5,926 nucleotides of DNA from a virus (taxonomy: Duplodnaviria; Heunggongvirae; Uroviricota; Caudoviricetes), in the IMG/VR virus record IMGVR_UViG_2547132417_000011. One strand, 5' to 3'. Within the stretch, counting starts at the first letter, position 1. Each line of letters opens with the position of its first letter. Below, piece after piece: positions 5,683 to 5,926 of the stretch. Under the pieces are notes generated by a model. It saw nothing but the letters and a program-made list of their open reading frames with translations, did no database searches and was not told the origin of the DNA. The position numbers and the translations under genes were made by a program.

Positions 5683-5926
5683 TTATTCAGTCGGCAGTGC
5701 TACGCGCCAGGGGAGCAGTTCGCCGACCCGGTTTATCGGCCAGTCGGCTATGACGTCAAGGACATAGCGGAGGTAGCTTTCTGGCTCCACTCCGTTCAGT
5801 TTGCACGTCCCGATCAGGCTGTACAGCAGCGCTCCCCGCTCTCCTCCATGATCCGAACCGAAGAACAGGTAGTTTTTGCGGCCCAGACTGACCATCCGCA
5901 ACGCATTTTCAGCGATGTTATTGTCC
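5683..5926 (-). CDS. IS66-family transposase TnpC, C-terminal part; 5' end outside window
   Basis: Minus-strand frame open to the window edge: DNNIAENALRMVSLGRKNYLFFGSDHGGERGALLYSLIGTCKLNGVEPESYLRYVLDVIADWPINRVGELLPWRVALPTE, stop at 5683-5685. The NNxAExALR...GRKNxLF.GSD.GGER...LPW C-terminal signature is characteristic of IS66-family transposases. Confidence 0.85.
   Translation of the reverse strand, partial: DNNIAENALRMVSLGRKNYLFFGSDHGGERGALLYSLIGTCKLNGVEPESYLRYVLDVIADWPINRVGELLPWRVALPTE

Larger units (their letters stand above)
5646..5926 (-). mobile_element. IS66-family insertion sequence, right (tnpC-distal) end; partial, continues beyond window end
   Basis: GTAAGCG-type terminus at 5646 plus the TnpC C-terminal coding region immediately inside it. 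Same orientation as the left-hand copy. Confidence 0.8.

Noticed and set aside
5573-5767. Plus-strand ORF of 64 aa crossing the IS terminus
   Set aside because: Runs across the IS terminal repeat and antisense to the TnpC 3' end; no support.
1-5926. CRISPR arrays, tRNA or rRNA genes
   Set aside because: No regularly spaced direct repeats and no tRNA-like or rRNA-like segments noticed; the window is almost fully occupied by minus-strand protein-coding genes.

Overview
This window holds a P2-like prophage baseplate and tail-fibre module, all on the minus strand, in the order W-like, J-like, I-like, H-like tail fibre, G-like tail fibre assembly gene. Two things interrupt it. First, an AT-rich insert of about 1.3 kb (roughly 3800-5138; sampled 60-nt stretches are about 27-42% GC against about 52-60% in the flanking phage genes) sits between the W-like and J-like genes. 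It carries a single gene for a ~386 aa protein with an N-terminal type I restriction HsdR-N-like PD-(D/E)xK nuclease fold (D68 ... E82-A-K84) and a C-terminal half of about 250 aa that I cannot assign. The insert has a promoter-like element with a perfect TTGACA, a strong Shine-Dalgarno and an intrinsic terminator hairpin. I consider it a candidate single-gene phage-borne defence or exclusion system and the most interesting element here. Second, both edges of the window are termini of IS66-family insertion sequences in direct orientation, with imperfect inverted repeats beginning GTAAGCG. The left copy (1-279, tnpA-like N-terminus) has inserted into the tail fibre assembly gene and truncated it; the right copy (5646-5926, TnpC C-terminus) abuts a short open frame upstream of the W-like gene. 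No tRNA, rRNA or CRISPR array was recognised. All assignments rest on reading the translations and motifs by eye; no database search was run.
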